A DNA stretch of 64,000 bases from Eledone cirrhosa (Eukaryota), in the NCBI GenBank assembly GCA_964016885.1, contig OZ024763.1, positions 15,872,001-15,936,000 of the forward strand. Reading direction: 5' to 3'. Positions 11,866-26,465 of this stretch are shown here, piece by piece. Position numbers and translations under genes: made by a program. The stretch's first letter is position 1, and the number at the start of each line of letters is the position of its first letter. Below the pieces are notes generated by a model. It had not been told where the DNA came from. It saw only the letters and a list, made by a program, of their open reading frames with translations, and did not search any database.

Positions 11866-12044
11866 GCGTCAGGTATATATATAGTAATGATGATAATATA
11901 AGGGAACAAAGAATCAATATATATATTTAATTATATATTATATATATTTCACTGCCGATCAGCTCGAGGAATGATCGAATACTGATCGATCCTGACTCTG
12001 GAATCGGGAGCTCCTCAGATATGTGCATATATATATATATATAT

Positions 12045-12181
12045 ATAGGAACGAGTAGGACCCCGACGGCTTGAGCTCAGCCGTCGGGGTCCTACTCGTT
12101 CCTATTACCCACTCTACTACCCTAAGTATTGAGTACTTTGGTGCGTTATGGCCCACCTGGTTCCTTACCACATTTCCTTCG

Positions 12182-12185
<4 letters not shown>
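12045..12185 (+). mobile_element. fold-back element family D, folded at helix III
   Basis: Palindrome centred on GACGGC-ttgagctca-GCCGTC, with the same 3' extension as 4306-4370. Confidence 0.7.
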
Positions 12186-12217
<32 letters not shown>

Positions 12218-12402
12218 ATAGAGTAGTCCCACGATATTCGCGGGGTTTACGTCCCTAAAGTACCCGCGAAGAGCGAATATTGGACGTGCTCCCTAAAAGT
12301 GCCTGTAAACGTAAAATATTTTTAAAAAGAGGGAGCGTCTTATGCGAAGGGGCATCCAATAGGCCGGCAAATGCTGTATATTGTTATTAATAATTTAGCG
12401 TA

Positions 12403-12472
<70 letters not shown>

Positions 12473-12710
12473 ATATGTATATATATATGTTATGCTTTGA
12501 GAATCTTGCTAAACAAATTCAGAAACGATATATATATATATATATATGTATATACATACATATATATATATATGTAAAATGGAAGCTTTGGCTGTGGCCA
12601 AGCAAAGCAACCTACAATAAGGAATGAGTAGCAAAGCACTCAATAAGGTCGGGCCTTAGATTAATAACAGACGTTTTTAGGTTATCCAGTAATGATGTTT
12701 CTAGAGGTGT

Positions 12711-13730
12711 TACCACCACCACCACCACCACCACTACTACCACCACCACTACCACCACCACCACTACCACCACTACCACCAGCACCACTACTACCACCTC
12801 TACCACCAGTACCACTACCACCACCACCACCACTACCACCAGCACCACTACTACCACCTCTACCACTACTACCACCTCTACCACCAGTACCACTACCACC
12901 AGCACCACCAGTACCACTACCACCACCACCACCACTACCACTACTACCACCACTACCACCAGCACCACTACTACCACTACCACCACCACCACTACCACCA
13001 GCACCACTACTACCACCTCTACCACCAGTACCACTACCACCACCACCACCACTACCACTACCACCACCACCACCACTACCACCAGCACCACTACTACCAC
13101 TACCACCAGCACCACTATCAGCAACAACAACACCACCACCACTACCATCACCACCACCACAACCACCAACAACAACCCCACCAGCAGCACTACTACCACC
13201 ACCATTACAATAAATATAACCACCACCAACAGAAACCCCCCCTCCCCCACACACACTAGCAACAACACCCCCACCACTACCACCTCAACCACCACCACCA
13301 CCACTATTATTATTATAGCCCTCAGCATCCTCGTCATCATTTTTTATTTTACACTTTCCACTTTTTTTTTTGTACCCTGCACTCCGTTCCACCCCTCCTT
13401 CCTGTCTTCCTCTCTTTCTCCCTCTCTCTTTTACTCTCACTCCCTCCCTCCTCTCTCCCTCTCTTTTTCCCTCCCTCTCTCACTTTCTCATTCCCTCTCC
13501 CTCCCATCTCTCCTATTCTCGCTCTCTCACTCGCGCCCTCTCTCTCTCTCACTCACTCCCCCTCTCTCTCTTATTCTCGCTCTCTCCTTCACCCCACCCC
13601 CTCTCTCTTTTACTCTCACTCCCTCTTCCTCACCTCCCTCTCTCTCTCTCCTCTACTTTAGCCATTCAAGCGACATCAGTCTTCTGTCAAATAATGTTTA
13701 CTTCATCCACGAATCATTTAACACAGAGAA

Positions 13731-13775
<45 letters not shown>

Positions 13776-14515
13776 GGGGGGGGTCTAAGAGAGAGAGTCT
13801 GACAGAGAGAGATAGTCTAACAGAGTGAGAAAGAGAGAGAAAGGGAGAGAAAGAGAGAGAGAGAGAGTCTAACAGAGTGAGAAAGGGAGAGAAAAAGAGA
13901 GAGTCTAACAGAGAGAGAGAGAGAGAGAGAGAGAGGAGGGTGGGGTGAGAGGGAAACAGAATTTTGTGAAAAAAAACACAAGAAAATAAATAAATACAAT
14001 GGAGCAAAACATATTTGAGGGGTAAATAAAACAACAACAACAACAACCATTGCCACCAGCAACAACACTAGCATTAACAACAACACCACCAACAACAACT
14101 CAACCACTTACAACACACACCACCATCATCAACAACAACAACACCACCCCACCACCACCATCATCAACAACAACACTAAACACTACCAACACCAACGCCA
14201 CCACCAACAACACTTCCATCATCACCTACAACACTTCCACCAACACTACCACCACCAACACAACCACCAACAACACCACTACAACACTACCACCAACAAC
14301 ACCACTACAACACTACCAACAACAACAACAACATTACCACCAACACCACCAGCACCACCACCAACTCCACCACTAATACCACTACCACCACCAACAACAA
14401 TAACACCACCACCACCACCACCACCAGCAGAGCAACAACAACAACCACAACACCACCACCAATAATAACACCACCACCAACAACACCAACACCAACAACA
14501 TCAACATCAACCAAC
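12711..14515. repeat. (CAC/CAA)n, (CT)n and (GA)n low-complexity block
   Basis: Degenerate trinucleotide and dinucleotide runs; the poly-Pro/Val/Gly ORFs are by-products. Confidence 0.9.
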
Positions 14516-14929
14516 CAAGGAGCCAGCGAAATTCAGAAAAGCATTTTTTTTATTCGTGTTTGTAGACCAAAAAAAAATCAACAATGACAACTGCAAACAT
14601 TTCTTTATCTGAGCACACACACACACATATATACACACACATATAAATACACACACACACATATATATGTATATATACACACATATATATATATATGTAT
14701 ACACACACACATATATATATATATATATATGTATACACACACACATATATATATATATATATATGTATACACGCACACACACATATATATACACACACAT
14801 ATATACACACACACATAAACACACACATACATATAAACTCATACACACATATAAACACACACACACACATACATACATACATACACTAACACATACATAG
14901 AGTCACACTCACACACATACACACACAAA

Positions 14930-15970
14930 TAGCATTGCCAACTGGTTAAAGAGTTCACTACACAATCCCTAGGTCGCAGGTTCAATCTCACTGCATGACA
15001 TACTGGGTATGTGTCATTTACCACAGCCTCAGGTTGGCCTACGTCTTGTGTGCAAAATTGAGTAGACAGAAACTATTCGGAAGCCCGTCAGATGGACTAT
15101 TGTACCTGTAATTCAAAGGAGTAAGCCTTGTCTTGTCATTGATTCAGCTCTGGAATACTCAACCACTGACATTATAATTATTTCTACTTTTGGCACAAGG
15201 CCAGCAATTATCCCAGTGTATTACTGGTACTTTATTTTATCGACCCCGTAAGGATGAAAGGCAGAGTTAACGTCGGCGGGATTTGAACTCAGACCATAAA
15301 GGGCCGTAACTCTATGCTCCAGATGGACTGTACCTGTAATTCAAAGTCCCAGCTTTGTCACAGACTTTGTTATGCTGAATCTCCCTGAGAATTAAGCTAA
15401 GGGTACACCTGTCTGTGGAATACTCAACCAGTTGCACGATAATTGTTTCTACTTTTGGCACAACGCCAGCAATTATCCCAGTGTATTACTGGTACTTTAT
15501 TTCATCGACCCCGTAAGGATGAAAGGCAAAGTTAACCTCGGTGGGATTTGAACTCAGACCGTAAAGGGTCGTAACTTTATGCTACAAAGCATGGCGTCCG
15601 ATCCTCTACCGATACTGCCGATGGACTATACCAATAAGTCAAAGGGCCAGCGATATCATACCCTATGTCTTGCTGAATCTCCCTGAGAATTAAGTTAAGG
15701 GTACACCTTTCTGTGGCATGCTCAGCCACTTCAACTATACTACAAGATGGACTCTCCCTATAATTCAAATTTCCAGCCATGTCACACACTGTGTCGTGCC
15801 GAATCTCCCTGAGAATTAAGTCAAGGGTACATCTTTCTGTGGTATTATCAACTACTTATATTATAATACAAGATTGATTGTACCTGAATTTCAAGAGTAC
15901 AGATTTGCCACACAGACTGTGTTATGCTGAATCTCCCTGAGATTACGTTATGTATACACGAGTCTGCACC
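14930..15970. mobile_element. decayed SINE head, then a degenerate ~120-130-bp tandem unit interrupted by two Nin/Deu-like SINEs (15178-15318 and 15441-15620, -)
   Basis: Recurrent GATGGACT...CCTGTAATTCAAA...GCTGAATCTCCCTGAGAATTAAG..AAGGGTACAC unit seen about five times. Confidence 0.6.
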
Positions 15971-16440
15971 ACGATCAGCCACCTACACGTGTCATTATCA
16001 GGACGTTCGGTTCATCGAACAACTGTAACACTCGTTGTCCGACGTAAGCGCATTCTCGGAGATCCTCAAAAAGACAAGACGAAGTAAATCGAAAAAAAAT
16101 CAGAAAAAAAAGAGAAGTAAGAGAGAAACACGAATGGTCGTTGAAGAGGTGACAATATGTGTGACGAAAAAGTTTTAGCAATTAACAATTAAACAACCAC
16201 TTCATTACTAAACTAACCAATCAATGAAATAGTTACACAACTAATAATAAACAGGGGCAAAACAAACTGGTGCGTGTGTTTTTCATTGGTAGCATGACCC
16301 TTCCAAAGTATAATAATATCTATTTCGAAACAGGATTTAACAGAAAAATGTTGCAAAAAAACCCCAAAAAACAAACAAACAAAAAAAACGATTTAAAACT
16401 ACTTCTCTCTCTTTCTCTCTCTCGTGTGTGTATATGTATA

Positions 16441-16582
16441 TAAGTAAAATCCGGCATAACGAACACCATTATAACGAATTTTTCGGTATAACGAAATTGT
16501 TTTCAATCCCCGGCCACACGCTCGATATGTTTAGGTCGATCTCGTTATAAATTTTTTTTCGTTATAACGGAATTTCACTGTA
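16441..16582. mobile_element. Tigger-like MITE
   Basis: TA-AGTAAAATCCGGCATAACGAA ... TTCGTTATAACGGAATTTCACTG-TA imperfect terminal inverted repeats. Confidence 0.6.
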
Positions 16583-16634
16583 TGTATGTGTGATGTGTGT
16601 GTGTATATATATATACACACACATATATATACAC

Positions 16635-16698
<64 letters not shown>

Positions 16699-16762
16699 TA
16701 TTCATGAATAAACAACTCAATTTGGGTGAGCAATGGTGTTGCTGCTATGAATATCTCACCAA

Positions 16763-19606
16763 AACAGAGACTGATCTCAACAGTGACTGATCTCAGTAGA
16801 GACTGATCTCAACAGTGACTGATCTCAGTAGAGACTGATCTCAACAGTGACTGATCTCAACAGAGACTGATCTCAGTAGAGACTGATCTCAACAGTGACT
16901 GATCTCAACAGAGACTGATCTCAACAGAGACTGATCTCAACAGAGACTGATCTCAACAGAGACTGATCTCAACAGTGACTGATCTCAACAGAGACTGGTC
17001 TCAGTAGAGACTGATCTCAACAGAGACTGGTCTCAACAGAAACTGGTCTCAACAGAGACTGACCTCAACAGTGACTGACCTCAACAGTGACTGATCTCAA
17101 CAGAGACTGATCTCAACAGAGACTGATCTCAACAGAGACTGATCTCAACAGAGACTGATCTCAACAGAGACTGATCTCAACAGAGACTGATCTCAACAGT
17201 GACTGATCTCAACAGAGACTGATCTCAACAGAGACTGATCTCAACAGTGACTGATCTCAACAGTGACTGATCTCAGTAGAAACTGATCTCAACAGAGACT
17301 GATCTCAACAGAGACTGATCTCAACAGTGACTGATCTCAACAGTGACTGATCTCAACAGTGATTGGTCTCAACAGAGACTGATCTCAGTAGAGACTGATC
17401 TCAGTAGAGACTGATCTCAACAGAGACTGATCTCAGTAGAGACTGATCTCAGTAGAGACTGATCTCAGCAGAGACTGATCTCAGTAGAGACTGATCTCAA
17501 CAGAGACTGATCTCAACAGAGACTGATCTCAACAGTGACTGATCTCAGTAGAGACTGATCTCAAAAGAGACTGGTCTCAGTAGAGACTGATCTCAACAGA
17601 GACTGATCTCAAAAGAGACTGGTCTCAGTAGAGACTGATCTCAACAGTGACTGATCTCAACAGAGACTGATCTCAAAAGAGACTGGTCTCAGTAGAGACT
17701 GATCTCAAAAGAGACGGATCTCAGTAGAGACTGATCTCAAAAGAGACTGGTCTCAGTAGAGACTGATCTCAACAGTGACTGATCTCATTAAAGACTGATC
17801 TCAGTAGAGACTGATCTCAACAGTGACTGATCTCAGTAGAGACTGATCTCAACAGTGACTGATCTCAGTAGAGACTGATCTCAGTAGAGACTGATCTCAA
17901 CAGTGACTGATCTCAGTAGAGACTGATCTCAGTAGAGACTGATCTCAACAGAGACTGATCTCAACAGTGACTGATCTCAACAGTGACTGATCTCAGTAGA
18001 GACTGATCTCAACAGTGACTGATCTCAGTAGAGACTGATCTCAACAGTGACTGGTCTCAGTAGAGACTGATCTCAACAGTGACTGATCTCAACAGTGACT
18101 GATCTCAGTAGAGACTGATCTCAACAGTGACTGATCTCAGTAGAGACTGATCTCAACAGTGACTGGTCTCAGTAGAGACTGATCTCAACAGTGACTGATC
18201 TCAGTAGAGACTGATCTCAGTAGAGACTGATATCAGCAGAGACTGATCTCAACAGAGACTGATCTCAGTAGAGACTGATCTCAGTAGAGACTGATCTCAA
18301 CAGTGACTGATCTCAGTAGAGACTGATCTCAACAGTGACTGATCTCAGTAGAGACTGATCTCAGTAGAGACTGATCTCAGTAGTGACTGATCTCAGTAGA
18401 GACTGATCTCAGTAGTGACTGATCTCAGTAGAGACTGATCTCAACAGAGACTGATCTCAGTAGAGACTGATCTCAGTAGAGACTGATCTCAACAGAGACT
18501 GATCTCAGTAGAGACTGCTCTCAACAGAGACTGATCTCAACAGTGACTGATCTCAGTAGAGACTGATCTCAACAGTGACTGATCTCAGTAGAGACTGATC
18601 TCAACAGAGACTGATCTCAACAGAGACTGATCTCAACAGAGACTGGTCTCAACAGAGACTGATCTCAGTAGAGACTGATCTCAACAGAGACTGATCTCAG
18701 TAGAGACTGATCTCAACAGTGACTGATCTCAGTAGAGACTGATCTCAACAGTGACTGATCTCAGTAGAGACTGATCTCAACAGTGACTGATCTCAGTAGA
18801 GACTGATCTCAACAGTGACTGATCTCAGTAGAGACTGATCTCAGTAGTGACTGATCTCAGTAGTGACTGATCTCAGTAGAGACTGATCTCAGTAGTGACT
18901 GATCTCAGTAGTGACTGATCTCAGTAGAGACTGATCTCAGTAGTGACTGATCTCAGTAGTGACTGATCTCAGTAGTGACTGATCTCAGTAGTGACTGATC
19001 TCAGTAGTGACTGATCTCAACAGTGACTGATCTCAGTAGAGACTGATCTCAGTAGAGACTGATCTCAACAGAGACTGATCTCAACAGAGACTGATCTCAA
19101 CAGAGACTGATCTCAACAGAGACTGATCTCAACAGAGACTGATCTCAACAGAGACTGATCTCAACAGAGACTGATCTCAACAGAGACTGATCTCAACAGT
19201 GACTGATCTCAGTAGACTGATCTCAACAGTGACTGATCTCAGTAGAGACTGATCTCAGTAGAGTCTGATCTCAGTAGAGACTGATCTCAGTAGAGTCTGA
19301 TCTCAACAGTGACTGATCTCAGTAGAGACTGATCTCAACAGAGACTGATCTCAACAGTGATTGATCTCAGTAGAGACTGATCTCAACAGTGACGGATCTC
19401 AGTAGAGACTGATCTCAACAGTGACTGATCTCAGTAGAGACTGATCTCAACAGTGACTGGTCTCAGTAGAGACTGGTCTCAACAGTGACTGATCTCAGTA
19501 GAGACTGATCTCAACAGTGACTGATCTCAATAGAGACTGATCTCAGTAGAGACTGATCTCAGTAGAGTCTGATCTCAACAGAGACTTATCTCAGTAGAGA
19601 CTTCTC
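16763..19606. repeat. 16-bp minisatellite, ~2.8 kb
   Basis: Unit A(AC/GT)AG(A/T)GACTGATCTC repeated roughly 175 times. Confidence 0.95.
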
Positions 19607-19709
19607 ACAATACTGTAGTAATATTTTACAGTCTACTTATAAACACCTATATACACGTGCATGTGTGTGTATTGTATTTATACACACACACATATATAAA
19701 TGTATACAT

Positions 19710-19753
<44 letters not shown>

Positions 19754-19780
19754 TACAATATATATATATATATATATATT

Positions 19781-19815
<35 letters not shown>

Positions 19816-19928
19816 CAATATATATATATATATATATATATTACAATATATATATATATATATATATATATTACAATATATATATATATATATATATATT
19901 ACAATATATATATATATATATATATATT

Positions 19929-19965
<37 letters not shown>

Positions 19966-20397
19966 CAATATATATATATATATATTACAATATATATATA
20001 TATATATATTACAATATATATATATATATATATATTACAATATATATATATATATATATATATATTGTATATAATATATTTCTGTCTATTTACGCATCAC
20101 CCTCTGCCGACCCTTCTTTTCCGTTCGCTGATGTTGCCTGGCAACGTTGTATTATCGTATTGATTATTCCCAATCTGAATGCCTTTGCCATCGCCATCGT
20201 GGTCGCCATCATGGCTTTTCTTTTCCCTTAAACCGAACGTCAACTGGAGAGACGTCGGTCGGTGTGAAGAAGAGATCAAGGGGGAAGGAACTCGCTTACA
20301 AACACACATTACACTCGATAGGCGGCGCTGTCGCCGGCAACGCAGCTCACAGTCACGTTGCGATCAATGAAATTGTGGAGACGGAACAGGAATTGAA

Positions 20398-21040
20398 GTG
20401 GAGGTGGTGGTTATGGTGGTGTGGGTGGTTATGGTGGTTATGGTGGTGTTGGTGGAGGTGGTGGTGCTGGTGGTGGAGATGGTGGTGGTGGTGGTGGTTG
20501 GTGGTGGAGGTGGTGGTTATGGTTTTGTGTTGGTGGTGGAGGAGGTGTTGGTGTTGGTGGTGGTGGTGGTGGTGTTGGTGGTGGTGGTGGTGGTGGTGGT
20601 GGTGGTGGAGGTAGTGGTGGTGGAGGTAGTGGAGGTAGACGTGGTGGTGGTGGTGAGGTGGTGGTGGTGGTGTTGGTGGAGGTGTTGGTGGTGGTGTGGG
20701 TAGTTATGGTGGTAGTGGAGGTGGACGTGGTTGTCGTGGTGGTGGTGGAGGTGGTGTGAATGGTGGTGTGAATGGTGGTGTGGTGGTGGTGGAGGTGGTG
20801 ATGGTGATGGTGGTGATGGTAGTTTTGGTGGTGGTGATGGTGGTGGTGGTGGAGGTGGAAATGGTGGTGTTGGTAGTGGAGGTTTTTGTGGTTGAGGTGG
20901 TGGTGGTTGTTGTGTTGGTGGTAGTGGTGGAGGTGTTGGTGGTGGTGGTGGTGTTGGACGTGGTGGTGGTAAAAGTGTTGGTGATTGTGGTGGTGTTGGT
21001 CGTAGTGGTGTTGGTGGTGGAGGTGGTGGTGGAGGTGGTG
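20398..21040. repeat. (GGT)n degenerate microsatellite
   Basis: Direct observation. Confidence 0.9.
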
Positions 21041-21326
21041 GAAGAGTTTGTTTTTGAATCCTTAAGGTTTACTTTTCTCTTCTTTCCCATTCTCTCTGTA
21101 TTTCTCTCCCCCTCTCTCTATCCTCGTTAGCTTTCTTAATTTCTATCTCTATGTATGTATATGTGTGCGTGCATGTATGTATGTATGTATCTATGTGTGC
21201 GTGCATGTATGTATATATGTATGTACGTGTGTATGTATGTATATGTTTGCATGTATGTACATACGCATATGTTTATATGTATGTATATGTGTGTATCTGA
21301 TATCTATCTATATCTATCTGTCCATT

Positions 21327-21528
21327 TATGAGGGACGGCTGAGAAGTTCATAGGCCGACTATGAAGGAGTGATACTAGAGCTGTGAAATCTTGCATGCAT
21401 TAATTTCCAACTCTTCTTATTAATAACTGCATTGTTTCTTTCCAGAGACTATGTTGAAAACTAAACCTCCATTTGGTCATTCCCTGATAGTATCTTGGTC
21501 AGTCTATGAACTTTTCAGCTGACCCTCG
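21327..21528. mobile_element. mariner-family MITE
   Basis: TIRs GAGGGACGGCTGAGAAGTTCATAGGCCGAC / GTCAGTCTATGAACTTTTCAGCTGACCCTC. Confidence 0.7.
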
Positions 21529-21629
21529 AAACTGCCTATCAATGTACCTATCTACCTGTCTAGCAATCTGTTTACGTACCTATCTGTCTATCTATCTGCC
21601 TACGTACGTATCTAGCTGTCTATCTATCC

Positions 21630-24130
21630 CTTGTCTCGCTGACGGAAGTGCAGTTATGGGTCAAGCGGAGACCAAAGAAGATGGGCGCCTGGCACATTGA
21701 ATGCGCTCAGGCGTTCACAGCCCTCTGTCAAGCGGGCACGGCAATCAGTGGTGACTCCACTTCGACATTCTATAGAGGGTTAGTATGTCACAAGGGCGAC
21801 GACGTGCTCGGAGAGACTCTGGGCGGCGAAAACAACGAATTCACCAGTCTGCCCGGGACCTATGGGCAACTTCCAGAGGTCCCTGGCCTGGCAGTGCTAC
21901 CGAGGAGCTCTGCAAGTTCGTGACAAGATCTACAGGCACGGACGCCCCGGCAGGGATCCTTCCAAGAAGACGTGTCCAAGACATTGAAACCGTCCTGCAC
22001 GCAATTGTACACTGCCTGGGCGTAACCGACCTGTGGAACTACGCAGAACAACTGCTGTCGCGTATGGGACAAATCCAGTTGACTGCTGAGTCCATAGTAA
22101 GGATCAAACCACCAACTTCTTTCAAAAACGAAAGAGAGGCGGTTTTCCTCTGTATAGTGGCTATGGTGAAAGAGTTACACGGTGGACGAGATTGAGAGGA
22201 CTGAGGACAGATGCCTTTCTCTCCGGACAACAACTCATTCCATTCTTTAGGTGCCACTTTAGAAGGAGAATCAGAGTGGAGAGAGAGAGAGAGAGGCACT
22301 GCACCCCAGTAAATTTACTGAAAGGTGGGTGAATGTGGTAAAAATGGCCCGAGTGATTTGGCCTTCTCTGTATATAAACCTGTAGGTTGGAGAAGAGAGC
22401 AAAAGGAAGAAAGGAGCACTTGCACAACATGCTCCTGAAGTTGAGGGTTGTTCTATCTATGGGGTATTAAACAACCCATTTGTGGCGCCTCCCCCCTATT
22501 GGGGATTTCGATTGTTATATTTGCTTGTTTTATATTTTTACACGATTGTATGTAAAATCCCCGGCATGTGTCTTTGTTTTGTCCCCTTTTATATATATAT
22601 CTATCTACCTACATACCTATCAATCTGTCTTCTGCACGCAATTGTTCAGTGCCCAGGGGTGACCGACCTGTGGAATTATGTCGAACAGCTACTGTCACGT
22701 GTGGGATGCATACAGTTGTCAGCCGAGTCCACCGTGACGATCATCCCGCCGCCTTCATTTAAGAATGAAGGAGAGACGGTTTTCCTCTGGTGGCTATGGC
22801 GAAAAGAGGTAATATGGTGAACGAGGTTAAAAGGACTGAGGGCAAACACCTTTCTTTCCGGACAACAACTCATCCCCTTCTTTAAGTACCACTTCAGAAG
22901 GGAGGTGAGAGTGGAGAGAGAGAGAGGTGCTACACCCCAGTAAATTCGCTGAAAGGTGGCTGAATGTGACGAAAATGGCCCGGCTGAATGGGCCTTCTCT
23001 GTATATAAACCTGTAGGTTGAGGAAAATAAACAGAGGGAAGACGGGAACACCCACAAAACGTGTTCCTGGTGTTGAGGGTTGTTCTATCCACGGGGGTGT
23101 AAAACAACCCCGCAGTAGCGTTACCCCCCCCCCCCATGGGGATTTCAATTGTCTTATTTTTATATAGCTTATTGTTATTTATCATTGTTAAAGATTTTAT
23201 GTAAAATCCCCGCCGTCACGCCTTGTAAATGTCCCATTTTTGTACGCCCCTGTGGCAAATAAAGAAAGATATCTATCTATCCATCCATCTATCTATCTGT
23301 CTATCTGCCTATCAATCTAAGTATATAACTATCTGTCTATCCATCCATCTATCTATCTATCTGTGTATCTACCTATCTATCTTCTCCGGACAACAGCTCA
23401 TTCCCTTCTTTAGATACCACTTCAGAAGGAAAATCAGAGTGGAGAGAGAGGCACTGCACCCCAGTAAATTTACCGAAAGGTGGGTGAATGTGGCGAGAAT
23501 GGTCCGAGTGATTGGGCCTTCTTTGTATATAAACCTATAGGTTGACGAAGAGAGGGAAGTGCACTTGCACAACACGCTCCTGGAGTTGAGGGTTGTTCTA
23601 TCTACGTGGTGTAAAACAACCCATTTGTAACGCCTCCCCCCTATTGGGGATTTTGATTGTTGAATTTTTTATGTTAAATTTTTTTTTACACGATTGTATG
23701 TAAAACCCCCACCATATGTCTTTTTATTGTCCCCTTTCTGCGCCCTTGTGGCAAATAAAGAAATCTATCTATCTAACTATATAACTTTTTTTTCAAATAC
23801 CACTTTGGAAGAAGAATCAGGATGGAGAGAGAGGTGCTGTACCCCAGCAAGTTTTATGAAAGGTGGGTGAAAGTGGCGAGAATGGCCCGAGTGAATGGGC
23901 CTTCTCTCTATATCAGCCTGTAGGTTGAGGAAAAAGAGGAAGAGAGGAAAGGGGTACAAACTCTTTGTACTCCTAGAGATGAGGGTTGCACATGAAATGT
24001 CTCCCCCTATTGGGGAAAATCGATTAACTTTTAAATTGCATTTGTGATAATATTTTACACGTTTTTATTGTATGTAAACTTCCCCTTGTATTTGTCCCCT
24101 TCTTTTGTGCCCTTGTGATTAATAAAGAAA
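21630..24130 (+). pseudogene. four stacked 3' fragments of an L1/Tx1-like LINE separated by (TATC)n
   Basis: Zinc-knuckle remnant ETVLHAIVHC..V.DLW.Y.EQLLSR; homologous segments at ~21630-22590, 22630-23268, 23380-23763 and 23790-24130, three ending in AATAAAGAAA. Confidence 0.65.
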
Positions 24131-24180
24131 CATATCCAACTATATAACCATCTAACTACCCAATAAATAATTATATCTGT

Positions 24181-24216
<36 letters not shown>

Positions 24217-24355
24217 TTACCCATTGATCTGTGATTTTATTGCGTGCCTGTGAATTAATTGGCAGCATGACCTTCCAAAACTATAACAATAACTGTTTCA
24301 ACACACGTTTTCACATCAAGAATCTTGTAAAACAAATACAAAAAATATATATATT

Positions 24356-24427
<72 letters not shown>

Positions 24428-24495
24428 CGAATCCCGGGTTCAGCTGGGGGTAACCAGAGTAAGTAAGGTATTCAATCCATTAATAGAGTGTAAAC

Positions 24496-24636
24496 AATAA
24501 ATTTAATATAGAAATGGCTCCTACAGGACTAGAACTGTTTTATTCAAAGGAAATCCTCAGGAAAGTTTTCCTGATGATTTCTTCCAAATGAAACAGTTCT
24601 AGTCCTGTAGCAGCCATTTCTATATTAAATTTGTTA
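24496..24636. mobile_element. fold-back element with a hammerhead core
   Basis: Inverted arms centred ~24565; right arm CTGATGA-tttcttccaaat-GAAAC-agttcta-GTC; left arm gives CTGAGGA on the minus strand; helix I 5' strand is missing. Confidence 0.55.
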
Positions 24637-25649
24637 TCTCTATACATATAACATTCTGTCTGTCTGTCTGTTCATATACATTCTCAAACGGCTGGACCAA
24701 ATCAAATCAAATTTTACAAGGTAATAGTATTAGACCCCGAGAGTGTCAACATGTAATTTTTATTTTTATTTGGATTAAAACAATATAATATTTTATCTAA
24801 AATAACCTTTCTATAGTGAACTATAGTAAACGAAGACGACGACTACCACTACGATGACGTCACATTCTATATGAGTGTGTATGTGTCTGTGAGTGTGTGT
24901 TTGCGAGTTCGTTACATGCGTTAGGCCTCACAGAATTAAACACACACACACATCTACACATACATATAGCATTAGTAAGTTGCATACACACTATCTTCAC
25001 ACACAGACAATTAAACACATACACACATCTACACATACAGATACATATGTGATGACAGACAGGTGTGCGTGAATGTATGTTAGTGTGTGTGTCTGTCTTA
25101 GTATATGTATGTGAGAGTGTGTGTATGCGTGTGTGAGTGTATGTGTGATAATTTTTATTTTCATTTGGATAAAAGCAATAGAAAACAACACAACCACGTC
25201 AGATTTTGTATATGAATATGTATGTGTCTGTGAGTGTGTGTGTGCGTGTTCATTAGGTATGTTATCAAATACACACACACACATCTACACATACATATAC
25301 ATATGTAGCGCCTGTCAAAAAAATTAGTTGAAAAGCTATGCGTGTGAATGTGTGAATGCGTGTGAATGTGTTAGTATATGTATGTGAGAGTGTATGTGTG
25401 TGAGTGTATAGCAACAATTTATTTGGACACCAACAAAAGATTACACGATGAATATTGTTTACTCTCAGGTACTTCAAGATTGACAGATTTCCATTTCTAA
25501 ATTCTATTATCATTACAATTTTGATATTTTTAAAAATAAAATCTAGATATTTTGAAATAATTATGGAGAAAAACATATATTCATATTTATTGTTTACTAA
25601 TCTGGATAAGAACAGAAGTAACCCGGGCAACGCCGGGTAATTTAGCTAG
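24637..25649 (+). mobile_element. non-autonomous Helitron
   Basis: A|TC start with a (TGTC)n run; ACCCGGGCAACGCCGGGT hairpin and CTAG|T end. Confidence 0.75.
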
Positions 25650-25866
25650 TTGTGGAACCAACCAACCAACCAGAAATTTATAAATTTATAAATTTATTAT
25701 AAATTTATTATAAATTTATTATAATAATAAATTGAAGTGAAAGCAAATGGTGCGTGTGTTTCTTATTGGCAACATGACCCTCCCAAAGTATAACAATATC
25801 AGTTTCAACACACGATTTCAGATAAAGAATCTTGCTAAACAAATTCAGAAACGAAATATATATATA

Positions 25867-26080
25867 TACAAGGGTAATCCCAAAAGTAAGGTCTCCAAAG
25901 CTATGGGGACGCAGAGAAACTGTTCGTACGGCTGTTGGCAACACTGTTGTGATTGGTGCTTCCTTCACTCCCAAACAAGCATGCGCGCGCTTCGCTGGGA
26001 TGCTCAATATTGGCTTGGAAGCCGTTGAAAATGGAGCTCCCGTTGAACGCTACCGCCAAGTGCGAATTTCGCGCAGTTAT
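25867..26080 (+). pseudogene. mariner 5' end fragment
   Basis: TA-CAAGGGTAATCCCAAAAGTAAGGTCTCC terminal repeat, then transposase-like start MELPLNATAKCEFRAVI. Confidence 0.55.
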
Positions 26081-26084
26081 TATA

Positions 26085-26465
26085 TAGAGGGCGATGTGAG
26101 TACTCGATGCCCTCATAGAGCAGAGTATGATATCACAGAAAAAAAGAGAATCAGTGTTGCGACGAATAGAATTTATTGTACATTACAATTGTTTCTCGGG
26201 CGACCAGCTCGAGGCACGGTCGATGTGGTGATGAAACCTGACTCTGAAATCGCGCGGTCCTCGGATACGTCTCGATTCTACGAGAAACAATTGTAATATG
26301 TCCAATAAATTCCTTTCCTCGCAACACTGATTCTCTTTTTCTGTGATATATATATATATATATAAATATAAATATATATATATAATCACAGAAAAAGAGA
26401 ATCAGTGTTGCGACGAAAGGAATTTATGAATTTATTGGACATATTACAATTGTTTCTCGTAGAAT
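26085..26465. mobile_element. fold-back element family E (hammerhead 3' half GAAA-CAATTG-TA)
   Basis: Inverted arms ~26130-26198 / 26281-26348 around a GC-rich spacer; relatives at 27433-27810 and 35071-35245. Confidence 0.6.

Noticed and set aside
12612-13340. poly-Val, poly-Gly and poly-Pro ORFs
   Set aside because: Translations of (CAC/GGT)n microsatellite.
16763-19606. CRISPR-like array
   Set aside because: Contiguous 16-bp units with no unique spacers, no cas genes, and a eukaryotic context.
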